Shown one piece after another: positions 26,623 through 40,464 of a stretch of 64,000 nt of DNA. Position 1 is the first letter of the stretch, and the number at the start of each line of letters is the position of its first letter. The notes under the pieces were generated by a model, which was given only the letters and a program-made list of their open reading frames with translations, was not told the origin of the DNA and did no database searches. Position numbers and translations under genes: made by a program. The stretch is from Gordius albopunctatus (Eukaryota), in contig OZ193909.1 of assembly GCA_964276515.1 (NCBI GenBank), positions 2,294,001-2,358,000 of the forward strand, in the 5' to 3' direction.

Positions 26623-27784
26623 ATAAGCAATGATATATGGACAAGTTTCAACTCATCCACGTATTGGTGATTATAATTTATAATAGGGAGCAATGTTGTA
26701 GGCTAGGTTTTGTTTGGTCGACATTTGGTTTTAGTCGATTAAACATAAAGAGACCAAAGGCTTTTGGCCTCTTTTTCTTAGTGGCATCGATCTTGGCTTA
26801 GTCGAAATTTGAAAAACAGACCAGAAGCGACCGTTAGTATTAGAAAAAAACCAAAGAACACTAGTGAATACTTTTGTGAATAGACTTCACAATTCATTTA
26901 AATTTTTACAAATTTTAATACCGCAAGTTGTTTTAACGCGGTAAAACAGCACAAATCTGATGCTCAGTGCCACGAATAAATTATTCAATTTTATAATATG
27001 CATGAATTTAATTTTCCAGAATTTAAGCCTACACATTAAAATTTTCTATAGCCTTTTTATAAAATTACTAATATAATCGGTTTTAAAAATAAAACCTCTA
27101 TAAGCATGGCCCTTACCTATATACAAGAAATTATTTACCAATAAATTGAAATAAATTTGACACTCATGATGTTTTGTTTAAGAATGGGTGCACCGTCATG
27201 CGGATGAAATATTTTAAATATATAATATAATACAAAAATTTTTACGACGCTAAGCGTCGGTACATCTTCGGATGTGGCGCCTACGAGTGCAGCGTCTACC
27301 GACCTGTTGATCAATGCACAAAATGTGTACCTTTTTTCCGCCGTTTTAATGTTAACATGGTTAAGTAGTGATCATATAGATATTAGTGATTTTTGTAAAT
27401 TAAATAATCTCAAAAAGGTTGATAAAAAATATTGAATTGGGTAGATATCAACAACATCATTCTAAAATATATTTCATGTTTGTTTAATAAATATAGCGCC
27501 ATCTATTTTATGTATAATAATAATTTATTGACGGTTAAAATTTATAAACTAGTGAGGAAGGTAAATTGACTATTATTGACCAAAACATTTTTATTCAATT
27601 TATTTATTATATTTATTCTTAATTTTTTATTTATATTTAGGGAATGATTATAAAAAAGAATTATAAGATTTTTCAAATATATTAAATTAATTAAAAATTT
27701 AAAGGTGTAAAATTGTGTGGCCGCAAAATTTTGTGACATAAATTTTAAAATTGTAAAACACAATTTAGCCATCCATAATACCAT

Positions 27785-28302
27785 AACAAATGATTTTTAT
27801 TAGACAACCGATGTTTGGGCACTAAACCAACATTTTTAAAGCATAAATATAGTCGTTAAAAAGTAAAAACCCACATTAATAGAGGCATAGGCTTTTGTAG
27901 GGGCACAGGGACCCATATCAGTAGAGGCATAAGCCCTTGTAGGGGAGGGCATATTACCCAATTCAAAAACGAAAAAAAAATTTCGATTTATTTGGCCAAT
28001 GGTCATTTTTATCATTGATCAGTAGCCAGGGCACGGTCAAAAAATCATATTATCAATGGTACGAACAATAACAATATATTAATTTTAAAAAAATAAAAAA
28101 TTATTTTGGCATCTCCGGGATTCGAACCCACAACTGTAGAGGTATAGGCTTTTGTAGGGGGGAGCACAGGGTATCGTACTCAGGATGGCTTATTCGAATT
28201 CCAAGCGGTTTCAGTAGTAAACAAGACGAAGACATTCGGTGCGTGACACGAACAGCGTGACATAAACAAATGGAAAGTGAGCTCATAAATTGCATAGCAA
28301 TT
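27785..28302 (+). mobile_element. Helentron/HINE (DINE-1-like) non-autonomous element fragment
   Basis: Shares internal blocks and the 3' end GAGC(T/C)CATA-AATTGCATAGCAATT (short hairpin) with 55770-56802. Left boundary approximate. Confidence 0.55.
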
Positions 28303-28323
28303 AACAAAAACAAGACAATATGT

Positions 28324-28570
28324 TAAATTCCCGATTGTGGTTGCCACTACGAGAATAAATATTGTGTCCGCGAGGGAAGAATATTTGGCTGTCTTCCTGT
28401 TCTCTGCACCGACTATAAGGTCAGGAGAGGAGTGGGAACCACAATCGGGAATTTAGGCGTTGAAGCTCTCGCTCTCCTGAAACAAATTGGAAAAGCGATC
28501 TCCAGCGTCTCCTTCGATTTGAAAGAATACTTTTTTATCAGGCAAAAGATCACAATGGAATTCAACAAGC
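28324..28570. mobile_element. CRE-like retrotransposon fragment with inverted 5' part
   Basis: 28324-28430 is antisense (GAENRKTAKYSSLADTIFILVVATTIGN); 28432-28560 is sense (TTIGNLGVEALALLKQIG...IRQKITME). Confidence 0.75.
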
Positions 28571-28865
28571 TTTCCAGTTCAATGTTTTTTATAAATATTG
28601 TTGTTTTTAACTTTCTCTTCACTTTTTGTCGCACAGCTCTAGGTGCTTATTAAATGACTTGTCAAAAAATGTTTTTTTAATAATTCTAAATCCACATTTT
28701 TATGACAAAAGTGGCAATAGTGAATCTAGTGGGAAATTAAGTATTATTTTTATTCCAATAATTCGAATAAGTTTTTCTACTCATAGCATTATTAAATTTA
28801 AGTAAGGTTGAAGCTTTTTTTACATAGCTTGTGAATATTTGTTAAGAAAGATTGGTAGGCTAGAT

Positions 28866-29278
28866 CAGTGGTCAGATTTGTTAGAATTTTTCTACCCGAA
28901 CCCGGCCCGGTCCGATTTTATAATTAATCTGCCCGCCGGAGGCCGCCCGAACCCTTTTATGTGTCCGCCCGGCAATGCCCGAATTATCAGAGCTGCACGA
29001 ACTGCCCGGCCCGAAATGGTGTGTTTTAAAATTTTTAGTAATAATATCGTTATATTATTTAAAAAGTTTTATCTTAATTTTTGATTTTCTTTTGAATAAG
29101 AACAGGGATTAACAAACATTATAAAATCAAATTAAAAAGTGATAAAATATACCCCAAATACATTATTTCAAAAACAAAATTGAGCCCTAATCCCCGAATT
29201 TTGTTATGGTGCCCACCCGGGCCTGCCGGAAAGTCAAAATTTACGAGAGTCGCCCGGCCCGGGAAAAACTGGTCTCTG
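28866..29278. mobile_element. hAT-type non-autonomous element (CAGAGGTCAGA family)
   Basis: CAGTGGTCAG...CTGGTCTCTG termini, CCCG motifs, 8-bp TSD GGCTAGAT/GGCTTGAT. Confidence 0.82.
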
Positions 29279-30379
29279 GGCTTGATTTGATGGTAACCTC
29301 TGATAAATAACTTGACTTTTCAAAATGACGGGCTTCATAGATGTCATAAAGTTAAAACTTTGATTAGAATAAGAAAAAAAGATTTGTAATTAGATGGAGG
29401 CATAATTTAGGTAGAGCCTAACCATAATTTTAATAAATTTCAATAAGTTGATTTAAAGGGGGGGGGGCAGCCGTCCCTCTCTTCCCCTGCCTTGGCTACG
29501 CCCATGTTAATAGTTATAGTATTTTATAACTTTACCCCTCCAAATTATATCCTAAATTTATAATTATTAACATTAAATATTTATTCAATAATGCGAAAGC
29601 TTTTGCAAAATATTTAAATTGAGCCAGTGTTAGCCCATTGATCCAAACAACCTACTTTAGCTTAAAAATTTTAGAGTTTTGTTAATTGAATAAACCGAAA
29701 AAATGGTGAGTTAAAATTGTATATCTAAGGCTAAAAATGAGTTAACATATGTAAGTAGTTATACTATGCTCACTAATCTAATTGTAGCTTCGCCCTCACA
29801 AACTCTTTATATGAATGATTATGCAGAGGAGTTCATGAAGAGTCGTAAATCGATCCCTCTCTTCTTAATATGCAAACCTAAATAGTTTAAAAACCTTATT
29901 TTAATAAGTTTTGTTCATATCTTCCAAATTCGTTTAATTCTAAATTAGTGAATCCTTAAATAACGAGGCAACAAAAATATAATTATGGATAAAAAACAAC
30001 TGGTCGGTGAAAAAGAGCTATTATTTTAGTTTTGTCCCCATCAAAAGAGAAGGGGATGAGTGGGTAAAGAACAGCAAAGCACGTGTTAAAGGTTCTGTAT
30101 TACAGACTGTAAGTATGTTGTGAGGATACAATATTTTAATTTTTTTTTTAAATTTTTTTAATGTATATATTGTTTATTTGAACGTAAGAACATTATAAAA
30201 ACTAAGTGTTAAAATTCGAAAAATATAAGAGCGGGTATAAAAAAGAATATAATTAAAAAGCGTCGCATGTATCATCTAATAAAAGTGACCAGCTGTCGGC
30301 CAGGGATTTAAAATTGTAAATTCAGGTAGTAAAAACTCGGATTTTATTTAAAAAATAAAATTATGACAATTTATAATCA

Positions 30380-31540
30380 TTTGCAATGGAGGGGATGATG
30401 ACCATTGGGTTGGACCGGCTGTTTGCAGAGATTGCATACGAAAGGGGATACTATGTCGCATCCGAGACGGAGGCCTATGACTATGTGTAACTCCTCCCCG
30501 GGACATATGAAGTCCCAAATTCCTGCTCGGGATAGCTTCGAGCCATTCGTAACCGCTCTTGGAAGAGGCCCAATTATAAAGGAGTTTTCCCTGAGATAGT
30601 TCGTTCGAAGGAAAAAAAAGCTACGGAACGTGCTATTAGGGAAAGATCCCATTCCTTTTGGGTCACACCGAGTGGTCGTTCGGCAATACAGCAAAAGCCG
30701 CAACCCCAGGCACACGAAGATCAACAAAATCATCGGCCAGTACCTTAGGAAGGCTGGCTACCCAAACACCTTAGAGCCCGTCGGCCTTAGCACCACCGAT
30801 GGGAAAAGACCAGACGGGGTCCCACTCATTTATAAGTGTATTTTCTACACTTATAATATACTTTATGCTCAGTCTCATTAACCTGAGCATATTTATGATT
30901 ATTATAAATTAAAATTCTTTTTTTCTGTCTTGAGAGAGTCCAGGAGATCATTATTTTATTATAATTAAATCGAATGTATATGAATAGCAAATGTTTGATT
31001 GGCAGCGAACCGAGTTATAAATTAACAATGAAAAATCGTGCATATTAAAATCTTTATGAAATTTACTTTTTTTAATCCAATATTTGTTAATACTAATAAT
31101 GTATATTATTATAAGGCGTTAATTTAATATACAAACATTTATAAATTGATTCTAAATTTTTTTTAAAGTCTTTATTAAATGGTAAACAAAAAATTACATA
31201 CACGACTAAAAAAATATAAAAACGCGCTATAACTAAACGGATGGCATTGATCCGTGTATGGATATCGTGTTGGATTTAACGATTTCCATTGTGATCTTTT
31301 GCCTGATAAAAAGTATTCTTTCAAATCTAAGGAGACGCTGGAGATCGCTTTTCCAATTTGTTTTAGGAGAGCGAGAGCTTCAACGCCTAAATTTTCATGT
31401 GTCCGCGAGGGAAAAATATTTTTCTGTCTTCCTATTCTCTGCACTGACTATAAGGTTGGGAGAGAAGTTGGAAGGGGCGAATGTGTCGACCGTGGTGAAG
31501 TCCCAAGTGAGATTCAGTCCACGGGACCATGGGATGAGTT
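30380..31540. mobile_element. Rearranged CRE-like retrotransposon (zinc knuckle plus RLE domain) in three alternately oriented pieces
   Basis: 30683-30380 minus: IGLRLGCDIVSPFVCNLCKQPVQPNGHHPLHCK. 30686-30829 plus: YSKSRNPRHTKINKII...LEPVGLSTTDGKRPDGVPLI. 31540-31176 minus: LIPWSRGLNLTWDFTTVDTFAPS...AENRKTEKY. Confidence 0.85.
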
Positions 31541-32021
31541 GTAAGGGACATGGTTCCTTTTCCCTTACAAATCAACATGATTCAAGTAAATGCTCTTTAT
31601 CAGCATCAACACCCCCATCTAAAGGAGCAGTCTCTGTGACCAGCTGTACAATTTCCCAAAGCTTACCTGTTCTGACATTCTCAAGTATTTAAATATATTG
31701 TGAATTATATATTTTTTATATGACCAGCCTCTCTACCTTCCATTACAATGGATAACAATATCTCAAATAATATTATGTCTTTTTCAAGTAAAAATATATC
31801 AAATATATTTAATTTTTAATAAAGGGCCAATAAACATACTGACTGAATCAACACTTGATAACGTTACTCCTACATCAAGTAAAGTTAATTATTTAAAGGA
31901 TTGAATGTATAAATGTAAGGTTCTCTTCAAGATGCTCAAATATTATAGGATGCTTTCCAAATAATCCAGACCAGTAGCCAAAGTAATATTCTTTTAATGT
32001 AAATTATATCACAGTTTTTAG

Positions 32022-33530
32022 TCAATGCTCCCGAGTTTTTGCCGTCAAACAATGGAACTTTGCTTTATTTTCAAAACTATCTTCACCGTAAAAATATGGG
32101 AAAGAATGGTACCCTTTACTACGGATGCCGGAAACTTTCATGTTCTGGCAGAGCAAAAGAGGTTTTAGGAATTTTTTCTCAAACGCGTCCCCATAATCAC
32201 GCGCCCCCTATTGGGGAATACGAAAAAATAATCACAAACATTTCATTAAAAAATGCTGTTTTTAGTGACCCTAAAGAAGGTATCACCAGATTATATTACA
32301 AAGTCATAGCGGAGAGGCTTAAGGAAAACCCTGACCTAAGGGACCATCCCGAATCCACCCCAGCCCCACTTTTAAGGTCTGTGAAAAAAAAGGATCCCTT
32401 CAGATACGACACGCCTAGGGATAATGACGATATTATCCTTAAGCCCCGTTATTTCAAAACTCATGATTGTGACAACTTTTTGCTCTGGAACGAAGATAAT
32501 AAAATTTTTATTTTTGGGACGGCTGATCTGTTAAGGATAATGTGCGAATCTCAAAATATTTTTTGTGACGGTACTTTTAAATGTTGCCTCCAACATTTTA
32601 CTCAAGTATTTACATTTTTATAATATATCCGTAACGTTGTTTTTAGATTTATACAATTCATTCCTATTAACGTGAGCATATGGTTCCAGTAGTATATACA
32701 CTTCTGCCTGATAAAACAGAAGATACTTATAAGAAAGTGTTCAGGGCATTTATTCAGATGTGTGCTACCTTGCACCTAGTTTTCGCCCCAAACTATGCAC
32801 AGGTTGATTTCGAACGGGCAAGCATCGGGGCCTTGGTTGGTACCCTGTTTTCCTAATATTATTATAAAGAGTAAAATTTAAAGTTTTGTTTATATAATTT
32901 TTAGGTTGCTTGTTTCATTTTGGCCAGGCTATCTATCGACACGCTGGGTCTGGCAAAATGAAGAATCTTTATTCATCAAATGCTGATTTCAAGCGCAGCA
33001 TTCGTCGTCTTCTAGCATTATCATTTGTGAAGAGAGGGCACACACGCGATGTCATGACCCTTTGCATGGTCGAGCCCAATGTGCACGGCGATAGAGAAAT
33101 TGAGATTTTTTTTGTACATCCACAATACCTGGGTTGGGCTTGGGAGAGACCCCTTGTTCCCCTATGATATGTGGCAACGGCTTGATGCAGAGGGGCCCCG
33201 AACCAACACCACTTGGAAGGTTTTCATAATGCTCTTAGAAGTGGGCTCAAACAAACCCACCCTACCCTACTATATATGTGTTGGTTGATTTCCTGCAATA
33301 CCTGCAAGAAAAAACTAATGTTGATTTGCTACACATCTCTCAGGGCAAGAGAGTTACTATGAAACAAATAAAAAATACGCGCCTATTAATTCGAATATAA
33401 ATCGTCTTATAGCTCAATATACAAATGTATCTAACCCTATGCCCCTATTTTTCATATGTTGATGCCATTTCTAATTATATGCACTTAGAAGGTCACAATG
33501 CCACGTTGTATGATGAAATTGATTTACAAT
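32022..33530 (+). mobile_element. Degenerate Mutator/MULE transposase with FLYWCH-like N-terminus
   Basis: YYGCRKLSCSGRA...HNHAP; FCDGTFK; VPVVYTLLPDKTEDTY; VDFERA; GCLFHFGQA; RRLLALSF; PRTN...LEGFHN. Contains frameshifts and probable short introns. Confidence 0.88.
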
Positions 33531-34539
33531 AATAAATATAAATTTGTTTAATTTTTAAATACAAGCTTGAAGATATGTTAATATTTTGCGTTGCACGTGT
33601 TTTATATTTACTCATAGACCATCTTATATTATTTATTAGACTTAATTGTATATTTTAGGAAAATTATATCATCTCACTAAATATTTTGGAATGTCTTTAC
33701 CATAATGGTTACATGCCAATAGTGAATTAACTTCATTATTAAAAGTTTTAATTTTACGCTCTAAAAAATATTTTGCCCATATGGCCCATGTCAAAATGAT
33801 AATTTGAATTACTACAAGTTCAAAAATATAAATATTTTGGAATGGCTTTAATATACTGGCTAGATGCAAATAATTTATGATGTATAATCTTCTTTAACGG
33901 TTCATTTGCATGTCTAAACAAATGCTTGCCCATAATGTGGGATGTTAAAATGATACATTTAATACTTCTGGGCATATATTAAAAGATAGCATATATAATA
34001 TTCACGTTTTAAATATGGCAAAGCTCTATAAAAGTAACGCAAGGAAATTTAAATTACCTTTAAATACTTAACAGATCATGGCGATACTCATTTAAGTTTC
34101 CCGATACTAAAGATAAATATGGCAATAGACGTTATTAAAGTTTACTAGTACATAATTATGTTTATTATCAATAAATAAATCCTATATCAGCTAACTTTAT
34201 ACAAATAAATTGTCTAAGTTGATTCTTGCTAATTCTAACATAACCTAACAAGAACTATAAAAAATTTATCCTAACTTTTTGATCGAATATCTTTAAAATG
34301 GTTCTTGCATACGCCTATGTTATGAGCTCGCCTTTATAACAAACCTATGCTTATACTTGTTATTTAGCTGCTGCATATATTTATAATATAGAATTTTTTA
34401 TAATTATGGCTTATATTCATGAGTGATTCTTTTAACTACTTTCATACATTATTTTACACACCATTTATTTTTAAATGTAACAATAGTATGTTTTATTGTA
34501 TTAAGCTTATTTTACTTATACTATATTGTATATTAAACA

Positions 34540-35045
34540 CAATAGTGATAATATTTATTCATTTTATATATATAATTAACTATTATTATATGTTAGTTAT
34601 ATAAAATAGATATTACATCAGATATAAAATGCACTAGTGATAATATTTTTCCATTTTATATATATCATTAACTATTATTATCTGTTATTTAAATCTGATA
34701 TATATGTAGAGGATTTCTACTTTATTAATATATAAACCAAATATAATAATCTCTATCGTTAAACATTTGTTTATATACCATTGTATTGAGGTTAATATGA
34801 ATATGAATAAGATTATTAAATCGCCTTAAGATATTCAAATTCGAATAAGTGTGAATAGAGTAAGAAGAAGTGTGAATAGAGTGATATCCAAATCATAAAG
34901 ATACCAATATTCTAATTAGGTAATACCATAGATATTACAACAGATATAATATGCACCAGTGATAATATCTATTTATTTTATATATGTCATTAACTATTGT
35001 TATATGTTATTATATAAGATACATATCACTACAGATATAAAATGT
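34540..35045. repeat. Degenerate ~85-bp AT-rich direct repeats
   Basis: Recurring AGATATTACA(T/A)CAGATATAA...AGTGATAATAT...ATTAACTATT at about 34540-34690 and 34928-35045. Confidence 0.6.
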
Positions 35046-35835
35046 ATAACGTTTTATAGCATTACTTTAGCTTTAAATATGCTATATACAAATTGAAACA
35101 ATTGATAGTAACACATGTACATTAATTAATAACTATTATTATTATTAACAGTTAAATCTAATTTATTTGATACAATATAATTAAAATATATTATAATATA
35201 CATATGTGTTTATATGTATGCTCAATTGCCAACTACTCATCAGTTATACTCACCTATTCCTACCAGAACTCACCTATTCACATAAACATCAAAACGCGGG
35301 TGATATTACCGTTTGTTTTTAATTTTTGAAGTGTCAAATAAAAAAACCAATCTTAGTTTATGAAAATTATGAGTACATTAAATTTAATATTGGAAAATAT
35401 GCGGGTTTATTATAAATGTCGATGAAGGAATTGACAAACATTTATATCTACTTCAAGCATTTTATAATTATTTGCACTTATTTTATATATAACTTATCCA
35501 AACTATGGATGCATTGAGGAACATCTATAAACATATCTACTTCAACCATTTTCACATCCCATAGTTGTAAGCTAATTAATCTTAATATAATTATTTGACT
35601 TATCAAATATTTAGTTGATAATCATGGATCCATTGCTAGGCCTCTTCAAACATTGGATATGATTGTTCAGAAAAATATTAATATTTAATATATGTAGCTA
35701 CTATTACATCCTCTATTATGTCTAACCCTCAGAACCAAAAGAATAAATTTAGTGTAAACCTATGAAGCAAAATATTTTAACACATTTAAAGTCTTCAAGT
35801 CTACTTCTTAACACAACCAGTGTTTTAATCAATTC

Positions 35836-36020
35836 TGTTGAAAGCTGGATCTTTATTCACATAAACTATTAGGACTGGGGTACAATAATCGAAAAGTGAC
35901 TGACAACGTGTATATCCCACGCATATATAAGTTACAACCAATCAACGATAATTTGATCGACAACACGCAGGTAAATAACGTATCCCCGGAGGCACTTCGC
36001 ACTCCTATTACCTTTCTACA
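35836..36020 (-). mobile_element. 3' LTR of the Gypsy element
   Basis: On the minus strand TGTAGAAAG...AATAAA...CTTTCAACA (inverted termini), immediately preceded by a polypurine tract AAAGGGGGGGAA. Confidence 0.82.
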
Positions 36021-37480
36021 GTTCCCCCCCTTTCACAGACAAAATCCTTAAGATCTCGGTTCTTCCCTAGGCGTTCCTGACTGGTTTTGCATTTGTTCCC
36101 TTGGCGCATTTGTTCCCTCTTCCCTTTCTGATGATATTCTTTGTGGCCACCCGTTCTCTTGTCCCAGAGTGGTCCAATCCAGGATTCTCCGTTTCCTTAG
36201 TTGATCCAGGTGTCGGTGGTGCTTTCTTCCCTGTGCCCATACATCGTAGGAACGACTCCCGTGTTTGGCTTTTATCGTGCCTTCTACCCATTTGCTTGGA
36301 CCCAAAAACATGCGTACCCATACCAGGTCTCCTACTTTGAACATTGGTGGGTTCCCGGTCTTTACCCATTGTTGTTGTACGGTTTCCCTCAATACCTCCC
36401 ATTCGGTTCGCATACGCCTTTTTAACATCATCTCTGCCGGGCTCTTTTTAATGGCGGGGTGTTTTGTAGATGTGTAGTTTTCCAAAAATCTACTTAGCCC
36501 TACTTCCGATTCGTTCTTAATGATGGCTTCTTTCATTAATCTTACGTATCTTTCTGCCAAGCCGTTCGACGCAGGATGGTAAGGGGCTGTCCATCGTTGA
36601 TTAATTCCTCTCATCTTGCAAAAGTTCTGTAAATCCTGCCCTTTGAATTATGGACCGTTATCTGATATTAACCATGGTGGATTTCCAAATCTAGCAAACG
36701 TTTCGGCGAGTTTTTTATACTGGTTGTCGATGTGGTGTCTTCTAATTTAAACGCCTCTACCCATTTCGAGCTATTGTCCACCATCACGAGGTATGATTTG
36801 CCCTTGAGAGGACCCATGATATCGATATGTACTTGGACCCATGGTTTATGGCTAGGTTGACACTCTATCAATAGTGCCTTCTTTGCCGCCATGGCCGTGT
36901 AATTGCAATTCCGGCACCCTTTCGCTACGCTCAATAAGTCATCGTCGAGAGTAGGCCACCATATATACTGCCGCGCCACTTCTTGCATTCGCTTGATACC
37001 AACGTGGCCCTTATGTAGTCTTTGGAGTACCACTCCTCGTAACTTAGCCGGAATTAAAATTCGTCGCACTTTGTAATATATTATCCTTTTGGCTTCATGC
37101 AACTTTGGCAGGTGTTTTTCGTAGACACGTTTTAGACCACACGTGACCATTGTGTTTTGTTTACCTCTAATCCACTCTTTTAATTGACGTAGCCTCGGAT
37201 CGTACGTCAGTACGGGAGATTTTGTAAGCGCGGACTTGATAGCTTCAAATCCCCCTTGTTGTTCTCCACCCCAATGGTACACCACGTTTTTTTCATTAGT
37301 TTCTGAATCGGTGGCGTAGTCCTTAATGAACTTTGAAAAGTATGCCGTTAACCCCAGGAAGGATTTTATTTCATTTTTGTTTGTTAAATTTTTCCACTCC
37401 TTGACTATTTCGGCTTTATTGTCGTTGATTTGAATCCCCTTATTACGTATCCCAAAAAGGTTACTCTCTCTACAAATTCA
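36021..37480 (-). mobile_element. Ty3/Gypsy pol remnant (RT end, integrase; RNase H deleted)
   Basis: EIKSFLGLTAYFSKFI; WGGEQQGGFEAIKSALTKSPVL; HHCC finger LHKGHVG...IWWP...CRNC; HIDIMGP, SDNGP, APYHPASNGLAERYV. Stops and frameshifts present. Confidence 0.93.
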
Positions 37481-38989
37481 TTTCAAATATTTATTATGGC
37501 TACTTGAGATAAAGTGTTTGATTTATTAATAAACACTAATGACAATAATTTTTATTATATATAAATACATTATAATAAGACATATGTATTTATTTTTCAC
37601 TTGTTCCAATTGTGAAATTACTTTGTCCCATATAACAAAAATGTTAGACAAAGTTGCCATCTATTAGTAAAAAAAAATTTATACAATGATAAAAATAATT
37701 CTTACCAAATTTTGGTATTGGATTAAAAATGTATTGCTTTCTTCTGTTTGTCTTTTTAATTCATTTAGCTGCATTAAATTTTTGATAGCTAAGGGACTAA
37801 TTTTCATATAAGATTGACAAATAACTAAATTTATGTAAAAGATTATAATATAAATGGGAAGGGTTAATATAAATTTAAAATTAAGGTGCATTAATTAAAA
37901 TACCTTTGAAAGTTTCTTCTTAAATAATGTTTTTTTTAAATCAATTTCCTCTAAAAGATGACAGGTATTTTTCAATTTAATCTTTTCTAATAAGATCATA
38001 TATAACTTAGATAATAATACCTGAATTTACAATTTAACATTGAAGGTTCAACATACTGGTCCCCTAATCAGAATTTGAGATACAGCATTTCTTTAAAACT
38101 AGCATAATAAAATTAAATATTTCATTTAGATTACGTTGATCTAGGACAGACATTATTTTGTTTATACTTTATTCTTGTAATCTCATGATTAATGAGGAAT
38201 ATATGTTAAGTAAGTTGATAAAATTTTTATTTTTAGAAAAAATGACTATTTTGTAAATATAAATAGATTGTAAATTTTAATTCACCAAATTAATATTGAA
38301 ACTCTTAATAAACTTTATGCTAGGTAAGTAAATCTAAATTAACTTTTTTTAATATAAAAAAACTATGATAGATCACTCATTATTTAATTGTCCAATTTGC
38401 ATTACAATTTGTTGTGCACTTGTAGTTATTTCATAGATCTTTTCAGTATTTACTGTAATGTACTCAAGCTATATTGATATTAATAAATATAAAAGTTACT
38501 TTGTGTTATAGTAAAATTTGCATTACAATTTTATTCTCATTTTACTTTTTCTAGGATACAAAATGTATGAAAGATGATTCATTATTCAAATAAACATATA
38601 ATATTTCTCAAAACAAATTTTTATGATATCAAAATCTTATTAGAATATAAATAGATTATAATTATTATTTTACACAAATAATACAATCAAAGCCTAGGTG
38701 AGTGAATCTAAATATTAGCGTTTATTATTATGCTATAATATTATACTCTTACACCTATACTACCTAGAGATGTAAAGTTGCTATTATGCTCCAACTTGGA
38801 CGTAGCATAATAGCTACCATATGTGCTTGGACGCATAAGCTCTGTCATCAAGAGGGGTAAAATGCTTAAGAGGTTAAGTTGTAACAGCAAATACAAACTC
38901 AAGCAGAAGGAATCAGGCGGGATGAATAACTTTAATAAAAGTAGTTTTGTGCGAGCAATTGCTGATTAGCAAGCTGCTCATCCATTTTG

Positions 38990-40291
38990 CTCAACGAATG
39001 TGTTAATTAATTATGTGACATATCGCAATTAATCTGCTCAGCAAATGTATTGGAATGGTGGAAAATGAATGAGACACGCTTTCCGGCACTCAGCAAAATG
39101 GCTAGAGAGTATTTAGGGCAGTCCACCACTTCAGTTCCGGGTGAACGAATGTTTTCCTTGGCAGGAGATATTTTTACAGTTATAAGAAATCGTTTGTCCT
39201 CAAATACGATTACCCAAATTATGTGTGTAAAGTCTTGGGGAAATGTTAATTTAAAATAATATTAGTTGTAATTTATGTGTATTTTTGGTGACATTTATTA
39301 AAATAAGGATGCTGATTTGGTGTCAATACTTTAATTTGAACTAGAAACAGATATAAGACATCTAAATCAAATATATGTAAATAAAATAAAAATATTTTTG
39401 CCATGTTTTAAACAATAAATTTCAAAATCTTTTGCCAAAAAAATATTACATTCTAACCTGGCTTAAAAGACTATATTAAAAATGTCAAAAAATTTACTAG
39501 CATTTGGGTGAGACAGAAAATTAAAAAATTTATAATGCCAAAAATTTTCATGTATAAAATTTTTTTTAAATATCATTAAGCTATTTGAGCCATATACAAA
39601 GAATATTTTATAAAGCTAAATTTCCCACTTTTTATAAAACTTTGCATTGTGACCTGGACTAAAAATATTATTAAATATAAATTTAGAAAAGTTAAGTCAT
39701 ATTTAGAATGTCAAAAAAATATTTATACAATAAAATATAATTTCGCCATTTATAAAAAATAAATTTTTAAAAATCATTTTAGATATTAAAATTGTCAAAC
39801 AGATTATTACCACCTGGGTGAGACATAAAATTAAAAAATTTATAATTAAATAATTTTTTTTTAAATTTTTGGCATGTATAAAAAATAAATTGTAAAATCA
39901 TTAACAAAAAAAATTCGATCTCAAAAAATTTTTACCCCCCCCCCCTTTAGGAAATCCGACTTACGCCTATTCAAATAGCCACAATAATTGTTAAACAACA
40001 GAATGTACTGTGTTAAGACTAAGGACGCTTTAATGAGAACATTATGTTATGAGCAGTTTAGATAAACAGCTTGCTCATAGCATTTGCTCATATGAAATAG
40101 TTTATTCAATTTATAATGCTGCTCAGGCAGACAGCTCTATACATGAGTTACTTTTTGCTACTACCCCTTCGCCTTTCGAGCATTGTCATCTAGTACATCA
40201 ACAGCCTCATGAGTAGAGTAGGATACACAGTGCGTGTGAGGGGGCAGAGCTCACAGTGAGCAATGCTCATTGGAGCAAATCACGATCACTA
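38990..40291 (+). mobile_element. hAT transposon 3' remnant
   Basis: LEWWKMNETRFPALSKMAREYL...SVPGERMFSLAG...RNRLS (39050-39259) is the hAT dimerisation domain. A GAGCA/TGCTC-rich block ending in CACGATCACTA at about 40291 may be its terminus (inferred). Confidence 0.75.
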
Positions 40292-40464
40292 ATACTACCT
40301 ACTTATATTATAACTTTTAAATAAGTTTTTATAAAAAACATTATTTTAAATTATTGAAAACATGTTTTTTATATAACCTTTATTTCATATATTTCATATT
40401 TTGAATATGTACCAAAATGCACTTTATGAAACGTTTGAGCAGTTAGCAAATGAGTATGATTCAT

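Noticed and set aside
36067..36477. Overlapping ORFs in several frames
   Set aside because: Alternative-frame and antisense shadows of the GC-richer Gypsy integrase.
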